Below are positions 1 through 12,900 of a stretch of DNA of 64,000 nucleotides, in pieces. Source of the DNA: Eledone cirrhosa (Eukaryota). The stretch's first letter is position 1, and each line of letters opens with the position of its first letter. The stretch spans positions 30,938,001-31,002,000 of the forward strand of contig OZ024744.1 of NCBI GenBank assembly GCA_964016885.1, written 5' to 3'. The notes beneath the pieces were generated by a model. It made no database searches. It was not told where the DNA came from and saw only the letters and a program-made list of their open reading frames with translations. The position numbers and the translations under genes are program-made.

Positions 1-2884
1 CCAACCTCCCACTGTCACTGCCTACGTCTCTCCCACTCTCACCCTATCTCTCATATACACCAGGTCTAAACACAGAGGAACCAACCTCCCACTGTCACTG
101 ACACCGTCTCTCCCACTCTCTCCCTATCTCTCATATACACCAGGTCTAAACACAAAGGAACCAACCTCCCACTGTCACTGCCTCCATCTCTCCCACTCAC
201 TCCCTATCTCTCATATACACCAGGTCTAAACACAGAGGAACCAACCTCCCACTGTCACTGCCTCCATCTCTCCCACTCTCACCCTATCTCTCATATACAC
301 CAGGTCCAAACACAGAGGAACCAACCTCCCACTGTCACTTCCTCCATCTCTCCCACTCTCTCCCTATCTCTCATATACACCAGGTCCAAACACAGAGGAA
401 CCAACCTCCCACTGTCACTGCCTACGTCTCTCCCACTCTCACCCTATCTCTCATATACACCAGGTCTAAACACAGAGGAACCAACCTCCCACTGTCACTG
501 ACACCGTCTCTCCCACTCTCTCCCTATCTCTCATATACACCAGGTCCAAACACAGAGGAACCAACATCCCACTGTCACTGCCTCCGTCTCTCCCACTCTC
601 TCCCTACCTCTCATATACACCAGGTCCAAACACAGAGGAACCAACCTCCCACTGTCACTGCCTCCGTCTCTCTCACTCTCTCCCTATCTCTCATATACAC
701 CAGGTCCAAACACAGAGGAACCAACCTCCCACTGTCACTGCCTCCGTCTCTCTCACTCTCCCTATCTCTCATATACACCAGGTCTAAACACAGAGGAACC
801 AACCTCCCACTGTCACTGCCTCCGCCTCTCCCATCCTCTCCCTATCTCTCATATACACCAGGTCTAAACACAGAGGAACCAACCTCCCACTCTCACTGCC
901 TCCGCCTCTCCCACCCTCTCCCTATCTCTCATATACACCAGGTCTAAACACAGAGGAACCAACCTCCCACTGTCACTGCCTCCGTCTCTCCCACTCTCTC
1001 CCTCTCTCTCATATACACCAGGTCCAAACACAGAGGAACCAACCTCCCACTGTCCCTGCCACCATCTCACTCACTCTCTCCCTATCTCTCATATAAACCA
1101 GGTCCAAACACAGAGGAACCAACCTCCCAATGTCACTGCCTCCGTCTCTCTCTCACACTCCCTATCTCTCATATACACCAGGTCCAAACACAGAGGAACC
1201 AACCTCCCACTGTCACTGAATCCGTCTCTCCCACTCTCTCACAATCTCTCATATACACCAGGTCAAAACACAGAGGAACCAACCTCCCACTGTCACTGCC
1301 TCCATCTCTCTCACTCTCTCCCTATCTCTCATATACACCAGGTCCAAACACAGAGGAACCAACCTCCCACTGTCACTGCCTCCGTCTCTCCCGCTCTCTC
1401 CCTATCTCTTATATACACCAGGTCTAAACACAGAGGTACCAACCTCCCACTGTCACTGACCACATCTCTCCCACTCTCTCCCTATCTCTCATATACACCA
1501 GGTCCAAACTCAGAGGAACCAACCTCCCACTGTCACTGCCTCCGTCTCTCTCACACTCTCCCTATCTCTCATATACAACAGGTCCAAACACAGAGGAACC
1601 AACCTCCCATTGTCACTGCCTCCGTCTCTCTCCCACTCTCCCTATCTCTCATATACACCAGGTCCAAACACAGAGGAACCAACCTCCCACTGTCACTGCC
1701 TCCGTCTCTCCCACTCTCACCCTATCTCTCATATACACCAGGTCCAAACACAGAGGAACCAACCTCCCACTGTCACTGCCTCTGTCTCTCTCACTCTCTC
1801 CCTATCTCTCCCACTCTCTCCCTCTCTCTCATATACACCAGGTCCAAACACAGAGGAACCAACCTCCCACTGTCACTGCCACCATCTCTCCCACTCTCTC
1901 CCTATCTCTCATATACACCAGGTCCAAACACAGAGGAAACAACCTCCCACTGTCACTGCCTCCATCTCACTCACTCTCTCCCTATCTCTCATATAAACCA
2001 GGTCCAAACAAAGAGGAACCAACCTCCCAATGTCACTGCCTCCGTCTCTCTCTCACACTCCCTATCTCTCATATACACCAGGTCCAAACACAGAGGAACC
2101 AACCTCCCACTGTCACTGAATCCGTCTCTCCCACTCTCTCAAAATCTCTCATATACACCAGGTCGAAACACAGAGGAACCAACCTCCCACTGTCACTGCC
2201 TCCATCTCTCTCACTCTCTCCCTATCTCTCATATAAACCAGGTCCAAAAACAGAGGAACCAACCTCCCACTGTCACTGCCTCTGTCTCTCTCACTCTCTC
2301 CCTATCTCTCATATACACCAGGTCCAAACACAGAGGAACCAACCTCCCACTGTCACTGTCTCCGTCTCTCCCACTCTCTCACAATCTCTCATGTACACCA
2401 GGTCCAAACACAGAGGAACCAACCTTCCACTGTCACTGCCTCCGTCTCTCTCACTCTCTCCCTATCTCTCATATACACCAGGTCCAAACACAGAGGAACC
2501 AACCTCCCACAGTCACTGCTTCCGTCTCTCCCACTCTCTCCCTATCTCTCATATACACCAGGTCCAAACACAGAGGAACCAACCTCCCACTGTCACTGCC
2601 TCCGTCTCTCACTCTCTCCCTATCTCTCATATACACCAGGTCCAAACACAGAGGAACCAACCTCCCACTGTCACTGCTTCCATCTCTCCCACTCACCCTA
2701 TCTCTCATATACACCAGGTTCAAACACAGAGGAACCAACCTCCCACTGTCACTACCTCCGTCTCTCCCACTCTCTCCCTATCTCTCATATACACCAGGTC
2801 TAAACACAGAGGATCCAACCTCCCACTGTCACTGCCTACGTCTCTCTCACTCTCCCTACCTCTCATATACTCCAGGTCTAAACA

Positions 2885-5800
2885 CAGAGGAACCAACCTC
2901 CCACTGTCACTGCCTCCGTCTCTCCCACTCTCTCCCTATCTCTCATATACACCAGGTCCAAACACAGAGGAACCAACCTCCCACTGTCTCTGACTACGTC
3001 TCTCCCACTCTCCCTATCTCTCATATAAACCAGGTCCAAACACAGAGGAACCAACCTCACACTGTCACTGCCTACGTCTCTCCCACTCTCTCCCTATCTC
3101 TCATATACACCAGGTCCTAACACAGAGGAACCAACCTCCCACTGTCACTGCCTCCATCTCTCCCACTCTCCCTATCTCTCATATACACCAGGTCGAAACA
3201 CAGAGGAACCAACCTCCCACTGTCACTGCCTCCATCTCTCCCACTCTCTCCCTATCTCTCATATACACCAGGTCCAAACACAGAGGAACCAACCTCCCAC
3301 TGTCACTGCCTCCGTCTCTCCCGCTCTCTCCCTATCTCTTATATACACCAGGTCTAAACACAGAGGTACCAACCTCCCACTGTCACTGACCACATCTCTC
3401 CCACTCTCTCCCTATCTCTCATATACACCAGGTCCAAACTCAGAGGAACCAACCTCCCACTGTCACTGCCTCCGTCTCTCTCACTCTCTCCCTATCTCTC
3501 ATATACAACAGGTCCAAACACAGAGGAACCAACCTCCCATTGTCACTGCCTCCATTTCTCTCCCACTCTCCCTATCTCTCATATACACCAGGTCCAAACA
3601 CAGAGGAACCAACCTCCCACTGTCACTGCCTCCGTCTCTCCCACTCTCTCCCTATCTCTCATATACAACAGGTCCAAACACAGAGGAACCAACCTCCCAC
3701 TGTCACTGCTTCCATCTCTCCCACTCTCTCCCTATCTCTCATATACACCAGGTCCAAACACAGAGGAACCAACCTCCCACTGTCACTGCCTCCGTCTCTC
3801 TCCCACTCTCTCCCTATCTCTCATATAAATCAGGTCCAAACACAGAGGAACCAAGCTCCCACTGTCACTGCCTCCGTCTCTCCCACTCTCTCCCTATCTC
3901 TCATATACACCAAGTCTAAACACAGAGGAACCAACCTCCCACTGTCACTGCCTCCATCTCTCCCACTCTCTCCCTATCTCTCATATACACCAGGTCCAAA
4001 CACAGAGGAACCAACCTCCCACTGTCACTGCCTCCGTCTCTCTCCCACTCTCTCCCTATCTCTCATATAAATCCGGTCCAAACACAGAGGAACCAACCTG
4101 CCACTGTCACTGCCTCCGTCTCTCCCACTCTCTCCCTATCTCTCATATACACCAGGTCCAAACACAGAGGATCCAACCACCCAATGTCAATGCCTCCATC
4201 TCTCCCACTCTCTCCCTATCTCTCCTATACACCAGGGCCAAACACAGAGGAACCAACCTCCCACTGTCTCTGCCACTGTCTCTCCCACTCTCCCTATCTC
4301 TCATATACACCAGGTCTAAACACAAAGGAACCAACCTCCCACTGTCACTGCCTCCATCTCTCCCACTCACTCCCTATCTCTCATATACACCAGGTCTAAA
4401 CACAGAGGAACCAACCTCCCACTGTCACTGCCTCCATCTCTCCCACTCTCACCCTATCTCTCATATACACCAGGTCCAAACACAGAGGAACCAACCTCCC
4501 ACTGTCACTTCCTCCATCTCTCCCACTCTCTCCCTATCTCTCATATACACCAGGTCCAAACACAGAGGAACCAACCTCCCACTGTCACTGCCTACGTCTC
4601 TCCCACTCTCACCCTATCTCTCATATACACCAGGTCTAAACACAGAGGAACCAACCTCCCACTGTCACTGACACCGTCTCTCCCACTCTCTCCCTATCTC
4701 TCATATACACCAGGTCCAAACACAGAGGAACCAACATCCCACTGTCACTGCCTCCGTCTCTCCCACTCTCTCCCTACCTCTCATATACACCAGGTCCAAA
4801 CACAGAGGAACCAACCTCCCACTGTCACTGCCTCCGTCTCTCTCACTCTCTCCCTATCTCTCATATACACCAGGTCCAAACACAGAGGAACCAACCTCCC
4901 ACTGTCACTGCCTCCGTCTCTCTCACTCTCCCTATCTCTCATATACACCAGGTCTAAACACAGAGGAACCAACCTCCCACTGTCACTGCCTCCGCCTCTC
5001 CCATCCTCTCCCTATCTCTCATATACACCAGGTCTAAACACAGAGGAACCAACCTCCCACTCTCACTGCCTCCGCCTCTCCCACCCTCTCCCTATCTCTC
5101 ATATACACCAGGTCTAAACACAGAGGAACCAACCTCCCACTGTCACTGCCTCCGTCTCTCCCACTCTCTCCCTCTCTCTCATATACACCAGGTCCAAACA
5201 CAGAGGAACCAACCTCCCACTGTCCCTGCCACCATCTCACTCACTCTCTCCCTATCTCTCATATAAACCAGGTCCAAACACAGAGGAACCAACCTCCCAA
5301 TGTCACTGCCTCCGTCTCTCTCTCACACTCCCTATCTCTCATATACACCAGGTCCAAACACAGAGGAACCAACCTCCCACTGTCACTGAATCCGTCTCTC
5401 CCACTCTCTCACAATCTCTCATATACACCAGGTCGAAACACAGAGGAACCAACCTCCCACTGTCACTGCCTCCATCTCTCTCACTCTCTCCCTATCTCTC
5501 ATATACACCAGGTCCAAACACAGAGGAACCAACCTCCCACTGTCACTGCCTCCGTCTCTCCCGCTCTCTCCCTATCTCTTATATACACCAGGTCTAAACA
5601 CAGAGGTACCAACCTCCCACTGTCACTGACCACATCTCTCCCACTCTCTCCCTATCTCTCATATACACCAGGTCCAAACTCAGAGGAACCAACCTCCCAC
5701 TGTCACTGCCTCCGTCTCTCCCACTCTCTCCCTATCTCTCATATACACCAGGTCCAAACACAGAGGAACCAACCTCCCACTGTCTCTGCCTACGTCTCTC

Positions 5801-8510
5801 CCACTCTCCCTATCTCTCATATAAACCAGGTCCAAACACAGAGGAACCAACCTCACACTGTCACTGCCTACGTCTCTCCCACTCTCTCCCTATCTCTCAT
5901 ATACACCAGGTCCTAACACAGAGGAACCAACCTCCCACTGTCACTGCCTCCATCTCTCCCACTCTCCCTATCTCTCATATACACCAGGTCGAAACACAGA
6001 GGAACCAACCTCCCACTGTCACTGCCTCCATCTCTCCCACTCTCTCCCTATCTCTCATATACACCAGGTCCAAACACAGAGGAACCAACCTCCCACTGTC
6101 ACTGCCTCCGTCTCTCCCGCTCTCTCCCTATCTCTTATATACACCAGGTCTAAACACAGAGGTACCAACCTCCCACTGTCACTGACCACATCTCTCCCAC
6201 TCTCTCCCTATCTCTCATATACACCAGGTCCAAACTCAGAGGAACCAACCTCCCACTGTCACTGCCTCCGTCTCTCTCACTCTCTCCCTATCTCTCATAT
6301 ACAACAGGTCCAAACACAGAGGAACCAACCTCCCATTGTCACTGCCTCCATTTCTCTCCCACTCTCCCTATCTCTCATATACACCAGGTCCAAACACAGA
6401 GGAACCAACCTCCCACTGTCACTGCCTCCGTCTCTCCCACTCTCTCCCTATCTCTCATATACAACAGGTCCAAACACAGAGGAACCAACCTCCCACTGTC
6501 ACTGCTTCCATCTCTCCCACTCTCTCCCTATCTCTCATATACACCAGGTCCAAACACAGAGGAACCAACCTCCCACTGTCACTGCCTCCGTCTCTCTCCC
6601 ACTCTCTCCCTATCTCTCATATAAATCAGGTCCAAACACAGAGGAACCAAGCTCCCACTGTCACTGCCTCCGTCTCTCCCACTCTCTCCCTATCTCTCAT
6701 ATACACCAAGTCTAAACACAGAGGAACCAACCTCCCACTGTCACTGCCTCCATCTCTCCCACTCTCTCCCTATCTCTCATATACACCAGGTCCAAACACA
6801 GAGGAACCAACCTCCCACTGTCACTGCCTCCGTCTCTCTCCCACTCTCTCCCTATCTCTCATATAAATCCGGTCCAAACACAGAGGAACCAACCTGCCAC
6901 TGTCACTGCCTCCGTCTCTCCCACTCTCTCCCTATCTCTCATATACACCAGGTCCAAACACAGAGGATCCAACCACCCAATGTCAATGCCTCCATCTCTC
7001 CCACTCTCTCCCTATCTCTCCTATACACCAGGGCCAAACACAGAGGAACCAACCTCCCACTGTCTCTGCCACTGTCTCTCCCACTCTCCCTATCTCTCAT
7101 ATACACCAGGTCTAAACACAAAGGAACCAACCTCCCACTGTCACTGCCTCCATCTCTCCCACTCACTCCCTATCTCTCATATACACCAGGTCTAAACACA
7201 GAGGAACCAACCTCCCACTGTCACTGCCTCCATCTCTCCCACTCTCACCCTATCTCTCATATACACCAGGTCCAAACACAGAGGAACCAACCTCCCACTG
7301 TCACTTCCTCCATCTCTCCCACTCTCTCCCTATCTCTCATATACACCAGGTCCAAACACAGAGGAACCAACCTCCCACTGTCACTGCCTACGTCTCTCCC
7401 ACTCTCACCCTATCTCTCATATACACCAGGTCTAAACACAGAGGAACCAACCTCCCACTGTCACTGACACCGTCTCTCCCACTCTCTCCCTATCTCTCAT
7501 ATACACCAGGTCCAAACACAGAGGAACCAACATTCCACTGTCACTGCCTCCGTCTCTCCCACTCTCTCCCTACCTCTCATATACACCAGGTCCAAACACA
7601 GAGGAACCAACCTCCCACTGTCACTGCCTCCGTCTCTCTCACTCTCTCCCTATCTCTCATATACACCAGGTCCAAACACAGAGGAACCAACCTCCCACTG
7701 TCACTGCCTCCGTCTCTCTCACTCTCCCTATCTCTCATATACACCAGGTCTAAACACAGAGGAACCAACCTCCCACTGTCACTGCCTCCGCCTCTCCCAT
7801 CCTCTCCCTATCTCTCATATACACCAGGTCTAAACACAGAGGAACCAACCTCCCACTCTCACTGCCTCCGCCTCTCCCACCCTCTCCCTATCTCTCATAT
7901 ACACCAGGTCTAAACACAGAGGAACCAACCTCCCACTGTCACTGCCTCCGTCTCTCCCACTCTCTCCCTCTCTCTCATATACACCAGGTCCAAACACAGA
8001 GGAACCAACCTCCCACTGTCCCTGCCACCATCTCACTCACTCTCTCCCTATCTCTCATATAAACCAGGTCCAAACACAGAGGAACCAACCTCCCAATGTC
8101 ACTGCCTCCGTCTCTCTCTCACACTCCCTATCTCTCATATACACCAGGTCCAAACACAGAGGAACCAACCTCCCACTGTCACTGAATCCGTCTCTCCCAC
8201 TCTCTCACAATCTCTCATATACACCAGGTCGAAACACAGAGGAACCAACCTCCCACTGTCACTGCCTCCATCTCTCTCACTCTCTCCCTATCTCTCATAT
8301 ACACCAGGTCCAAACACAGAGGAACCAACCTCCCACTGTCACTGCCTCCGTCTCTCCCGCTCTCTCCCTATCTCTTATATACACCAGGTCTAAACACAGA
8401 GGTACCAACCTCCCACTGTCACTGACCACATCTCTCCCACTCTCTCCCTATCTCTCATATACACCAGGTCCAAACTCAGAGGAACCAACCTCCCACTGTC
8501 ACTGCCTCCG
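2885..8510. repeat. Tandem duplication of a ~35-monomer block, period 2796 bp (about 2885-5680 and 5681-8510)
   Basis: Identical variant-bearing ORFs are offset by exactly 2796: 3540/6336, 4143/6939, 4184/6980, 4781/7577, 5034/7830. The rare variant GGATCCAACCACCCAATGTCAATG is present in both copies (~4169, ~6965). Confidence 0.9.
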
Positions 8511-9999
8511 TCTCTCTCACACTCTCCCTATCTCTCATATACAACAGGTCCAAACACAGAGGAACCAACCTCCCATTGTCACTGCCTCCGTCTCTCTCCC
8601 ACTCTCCCTATCTCTCATATACACCAGGTCCAAACACAGAGGAACCAACCTCCCACTGTCACTGCCTCCGTCTCTCCCACTCTCTCCCTATCTCTCATAT
8701 ACAACAGGTCCAAACACAGAGGAACCAACCTCCCACTGTCACTGCCTCCATCTCTCCCACTCTCTCCCTATCTCTCATACACACCAGGTCCAAACACAGA
8801 GGAACCAACCTCCCACTGTCACTGGCTCCGTCTCTCTCCCACTCTCTCCCTATCTCTCATATAAATCAGGTCCAAACACAGAGGAACCAACCTCCCACTG
8901 TCACTGCCTCCGTCTCTCCCACTCTCTCCCTATCTCTCATATACACCAAGTCTAAACACAGAGGAACCAACCTCCCACTGTCACTGCCTCCATCTCTCCC
9001 ACTCTCTCCCTATCTCTCATATACACCAGGTCCAAACACAGAGGAACCAACCTCCCACTGTCACTGCCTCTGTCTCTCTCCCACTCTCTCCCTATCTCTC
9101 ATATAAATCCGGTCCAAACACAGAGGAACCAACCTGCCACTGTCACTGCCTCCGTCTCTCACACTCTCTCCCTATCTCTCATATACACCAGGTCCAAACA
9201 CAGAGGATCCAACCACCCACTGTCACTGCCTCCATCTCTCCCACTCTCTCCCTATCTCTCCTATACACCAGGGCTAAACACAGAGGAACCAACCTCCCAC
9301 TGTCTCTGCCACTGTCTCTCCCACTCTCCCTATCTCTCATATACACCAGGTCTAAACACAAAGGAACCAACCTCCCACTGTCACTGCCTCCATCTCTCCC
9401 ACTCACTCCCTATCTCTCATATACACCAGGTCTAAACATAGAGGAACCAACCTCCCACTGTCACTGCCTCCATCTCTCCCACTCTCTCCCTATCTCTCAT
9501 ATACACCAGGTCCAAACACAGAGGAACCAACCTCCCACTGTCACTGCCTACGTCTCTCCCACTCTCACCCTATCTCTCATATACACCAGGTCTAAACACA
9601 GAGGAACCAACCTCCCACTGTCACTGACACCGTCTCTCCCACTCTCTCCCTATCTCTCATATACACCAGGTCTAAACACAGAGGAACCAACATCCCACTG
9701 TCGCTGCCTCCGTCTCTCCCACTCTCTCCCTACCTCTCATATACACCAGGTCCAAACACAGAGGAACCAACCTCCCACTGTCACTGCCTCCGTCTCTCTC
9801 ACTCTCTCCCTATCTCTCATATACACCAGGTCTAAACACAGAGGAACCAACCTCCCACTGTCACTGCCTCCGTCTCTCCCACTCTCTCCCTCTCTCTCAT
9901 ATACACCAGGTCCAAACACAGAGGAACCAACCTCCCACTGTCACTGCCACCACCTCTCCCACTCTCTCCCTATCTCTTATATACACCAGGTCCAAACAC

Positions 10000-12900
10000 A
10001 GAGGAAACAACCTCCCACTGTCACTGCCTCCATCTCACTCACTCTCTCCCTATCTCTCATATAAACCAGGTCCAAACACAGAGGAACCAACCTCCCAATG
10101 TCACTGCCTCCGTCTCTCTCTCACACTCCCTATCTCTCATATACACTAGGTCCAAACACAGAGGAAACAACCTCCCACTGTCACTGAATCCGTCTCTCCC
10201 ACTCTCTCACAATCTCTCATATACACCAGGTCGAAACACAGAGGAACCAACCTCCCACTGTTACTGCCTCCATCTCTCTCACTCTCTCCCTATCTCTCAT
10301 ATAAACCAGGTCCAAACACAGAGGAACCAACCTCCCACTGTCACTGCCTCTGTCTCTCCCACTCTCTCCCTATCTCTCATATACACCAGGTCCAAACACA
10401 GAGGAACCAACCTCCCACTGTCACTGCCTCCGTCTCTCACTCTCTCCCTATCTCTCATATACACCAGGTCCAAACACAGAGGAACCAACCTCCCACTGTC
10501 ACTGCTTCCATCTCTCCCACTCTCCCTATCTCTCATATACACCAGGTTCAAACACAGAGGAACCAACCTCCCACTGTCACTGCCTCCGTCTCTCCCACTC
10601 TCTCCCTATCTCTCATATACACCAGGTCTAAACACAGAGGATCCAACCTCCCACTGTCACTGCCTACGTCTCTCTCACTCTCCCTACCTCTCATATACAC
10701 CAGGTCTAAACACAGAGGAACCAACCTCCCACTGTCACTGCCTCCGTCTCTCCCACTCTCTCCCTATCTCTCATATACTCCAGGTCCAAACACAGAGGAA
10801 CCAACCTCCCACTGTCTCTGCCTACGTCTCTCCCACTCTCCCTATCTCTCATATAAACCAGGTCCAAACACAGAGGAACCAACCTCACACTGTCACTGCC
10901 TACGTCTCTCCCACTCTCTCCCTATCTCTCATATACACCAGGTCCTAACACAGAGGAACCAACCTCCCACTGTCACTGCCTCCATCTCTCCCACTCTCTC
11001 CCTATCTCTCATATACACCAGGTCCAAACACAGAGGAACCAACCTCCCACTGTCACTGCCTCCGTCTCTCTCCCACTCTCTCCCTATCTCTCATATAAAT
11101 CAGGTCCAAACACAGAGGAACCAACCTCCCACTGTCACTGCCTCCATCTCTCCCACTCTCTCCCTATCTCTCATATACACCAAGTCTAAACACAGAGTAA
11201 CCAACCTCCCACTGTCACTGCCTCCATCTCCCCCACTCTCTCCCTATCTCTCATATACACCAGGTCCAAACACAGAGGAACCAACCTCCCACTGTCACTG
11301 CCTCCGTCTCTCTCCCACTCTCTCCCTATCTCTCATATAAATCCGGTCCAAACACAGAGGAACCAACCTGCCACTGTCACTGCATCCATCTCTCCCACTC
11401 TCTCCCTATCTCTCCTATACACCAGGGCCAAACACAGAGGAACCAACCTCCCACTGTCTCTCCCACTCTCCCTATCTCTCATATACACCAGGTCTAAACA
11501 CAAAGGAACCAACCTCCCACTGTCACTGCCTCCATCTCTCCCACTCACTCCCTATCTCGCATATACACCAGGTCTAAACACAGAGGAACCAACCTCCCAC
11601 TGTCACTGCCTCCATCTCTCCTACTCTCTCCCTATCTCTCATATACACCAGGTCCAAACACAGAGGAACCAACCTCCCACTCTCACTGCCTACGTCTCTC
11701 CCACTCTCACCCTATCTCTCATATACACCAGGTCTAAACACAGAGGAACCAATCTCCCACTGTCACTGACACCGTCTCTCCCACTCTCTCCCTATCTCTC
11801 ATATACACCAGGTCCAAACACAGAGGAACCAACATCCCACTGTCACTGCCTCCGTCTCTCCCACTCTCTCCCTACCTCTCATATACACCAGGTCCAAACA
11901 CAGAGGAACCAACCTCCCACTGTCACTGCCTTCGTCTCTATCACTCTCTCCCTATCTCTGATATACACCAGGTCCAAACACAGAGGAACCAACCTCCCAC
12001 TGTCACTGCCTCCGTCTCTCTCACTCTCCCTATCTCTCATATACACCAGGTCTAAACACAGAGGAACCAACCTCCCACTGTCACTGCCTCCGCCTCTCCC
12101 ACCCTCTCCCTATCTCTCATATACACCAGGTCTAAACACAGAGGAACCAACCTCCCACTGTCACTGCCTCTGTCTCTCCCACTCTCTCCCTATCTCTCAT
12201 ATACACCAGGTCCAAACACAGAGGAACCAACCTCCCACTGTCACTGCCTCCGTCTCCCACTCTCTCCCTATCTCTCATATACACCAGGTCCAAACACAGA
12301 GGAACCAACCTCCCACTGTCACTGCTTCCATCTCTCCCACTCTCCCAATCTCTCATATACACCAGGTTCAAACACAGAGGAACCAACCTCCCACTGTCAC
12401 TGCCTCCGTCTCTCCCACTCTCTCCCTATCTCTCATATACACCAGGTCCAAACACAGAGGAACCAACCTCCCACTGTCTCTGCCTACGTCTCTCCCACTC
12501 TCCCTATCTCTCATATAAACCAGGTCCAAACACAGAGGAACCAACCTCACACTGTCACTGCCTACGTCTCTCCCACTCTCTCCCTATCTCTCATATACAC
12601 CAGGTCCTAACACAGAGGAACCAACCTCCCACTGTCACTGCCTCCATCTCTCCCACTCTCCCTATCTCTCATATACACCAAGTCGAAACACAGAGGAACC
12701 AACCTCCCACTGTCACTGCCTCCATCTCTCCCACTCTCTCCCTATCTCTCATATACACCAGGTCCAAACACAGAGGAACCAACCTCCCACTGTCACTGCC
12801 TCCGTCTCTCCCACTCTCTCCCTCTCTCTCATATACACCAGGTCCAAACACAGAGGTACCAACCTCCCACTGTCCCTGCCACCATCTCACTCACTCTCTC

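Noticed and set aside
41-50. Telomere-like CCCTA/TAGGG motif in each monomer
   Set aside because: It is a single 5-mer (CCCTAT, not CCCTAA) per 80 bp with no tandem telomeric hexamers.
51-70. CATATA/CATATAAA as a TATA box and CCAGG/GGTCC as functional methylase or restriction sites
   Set aside because: These short motifs are expected by chance and are simply multiplied by the repeat, with no supporting context.
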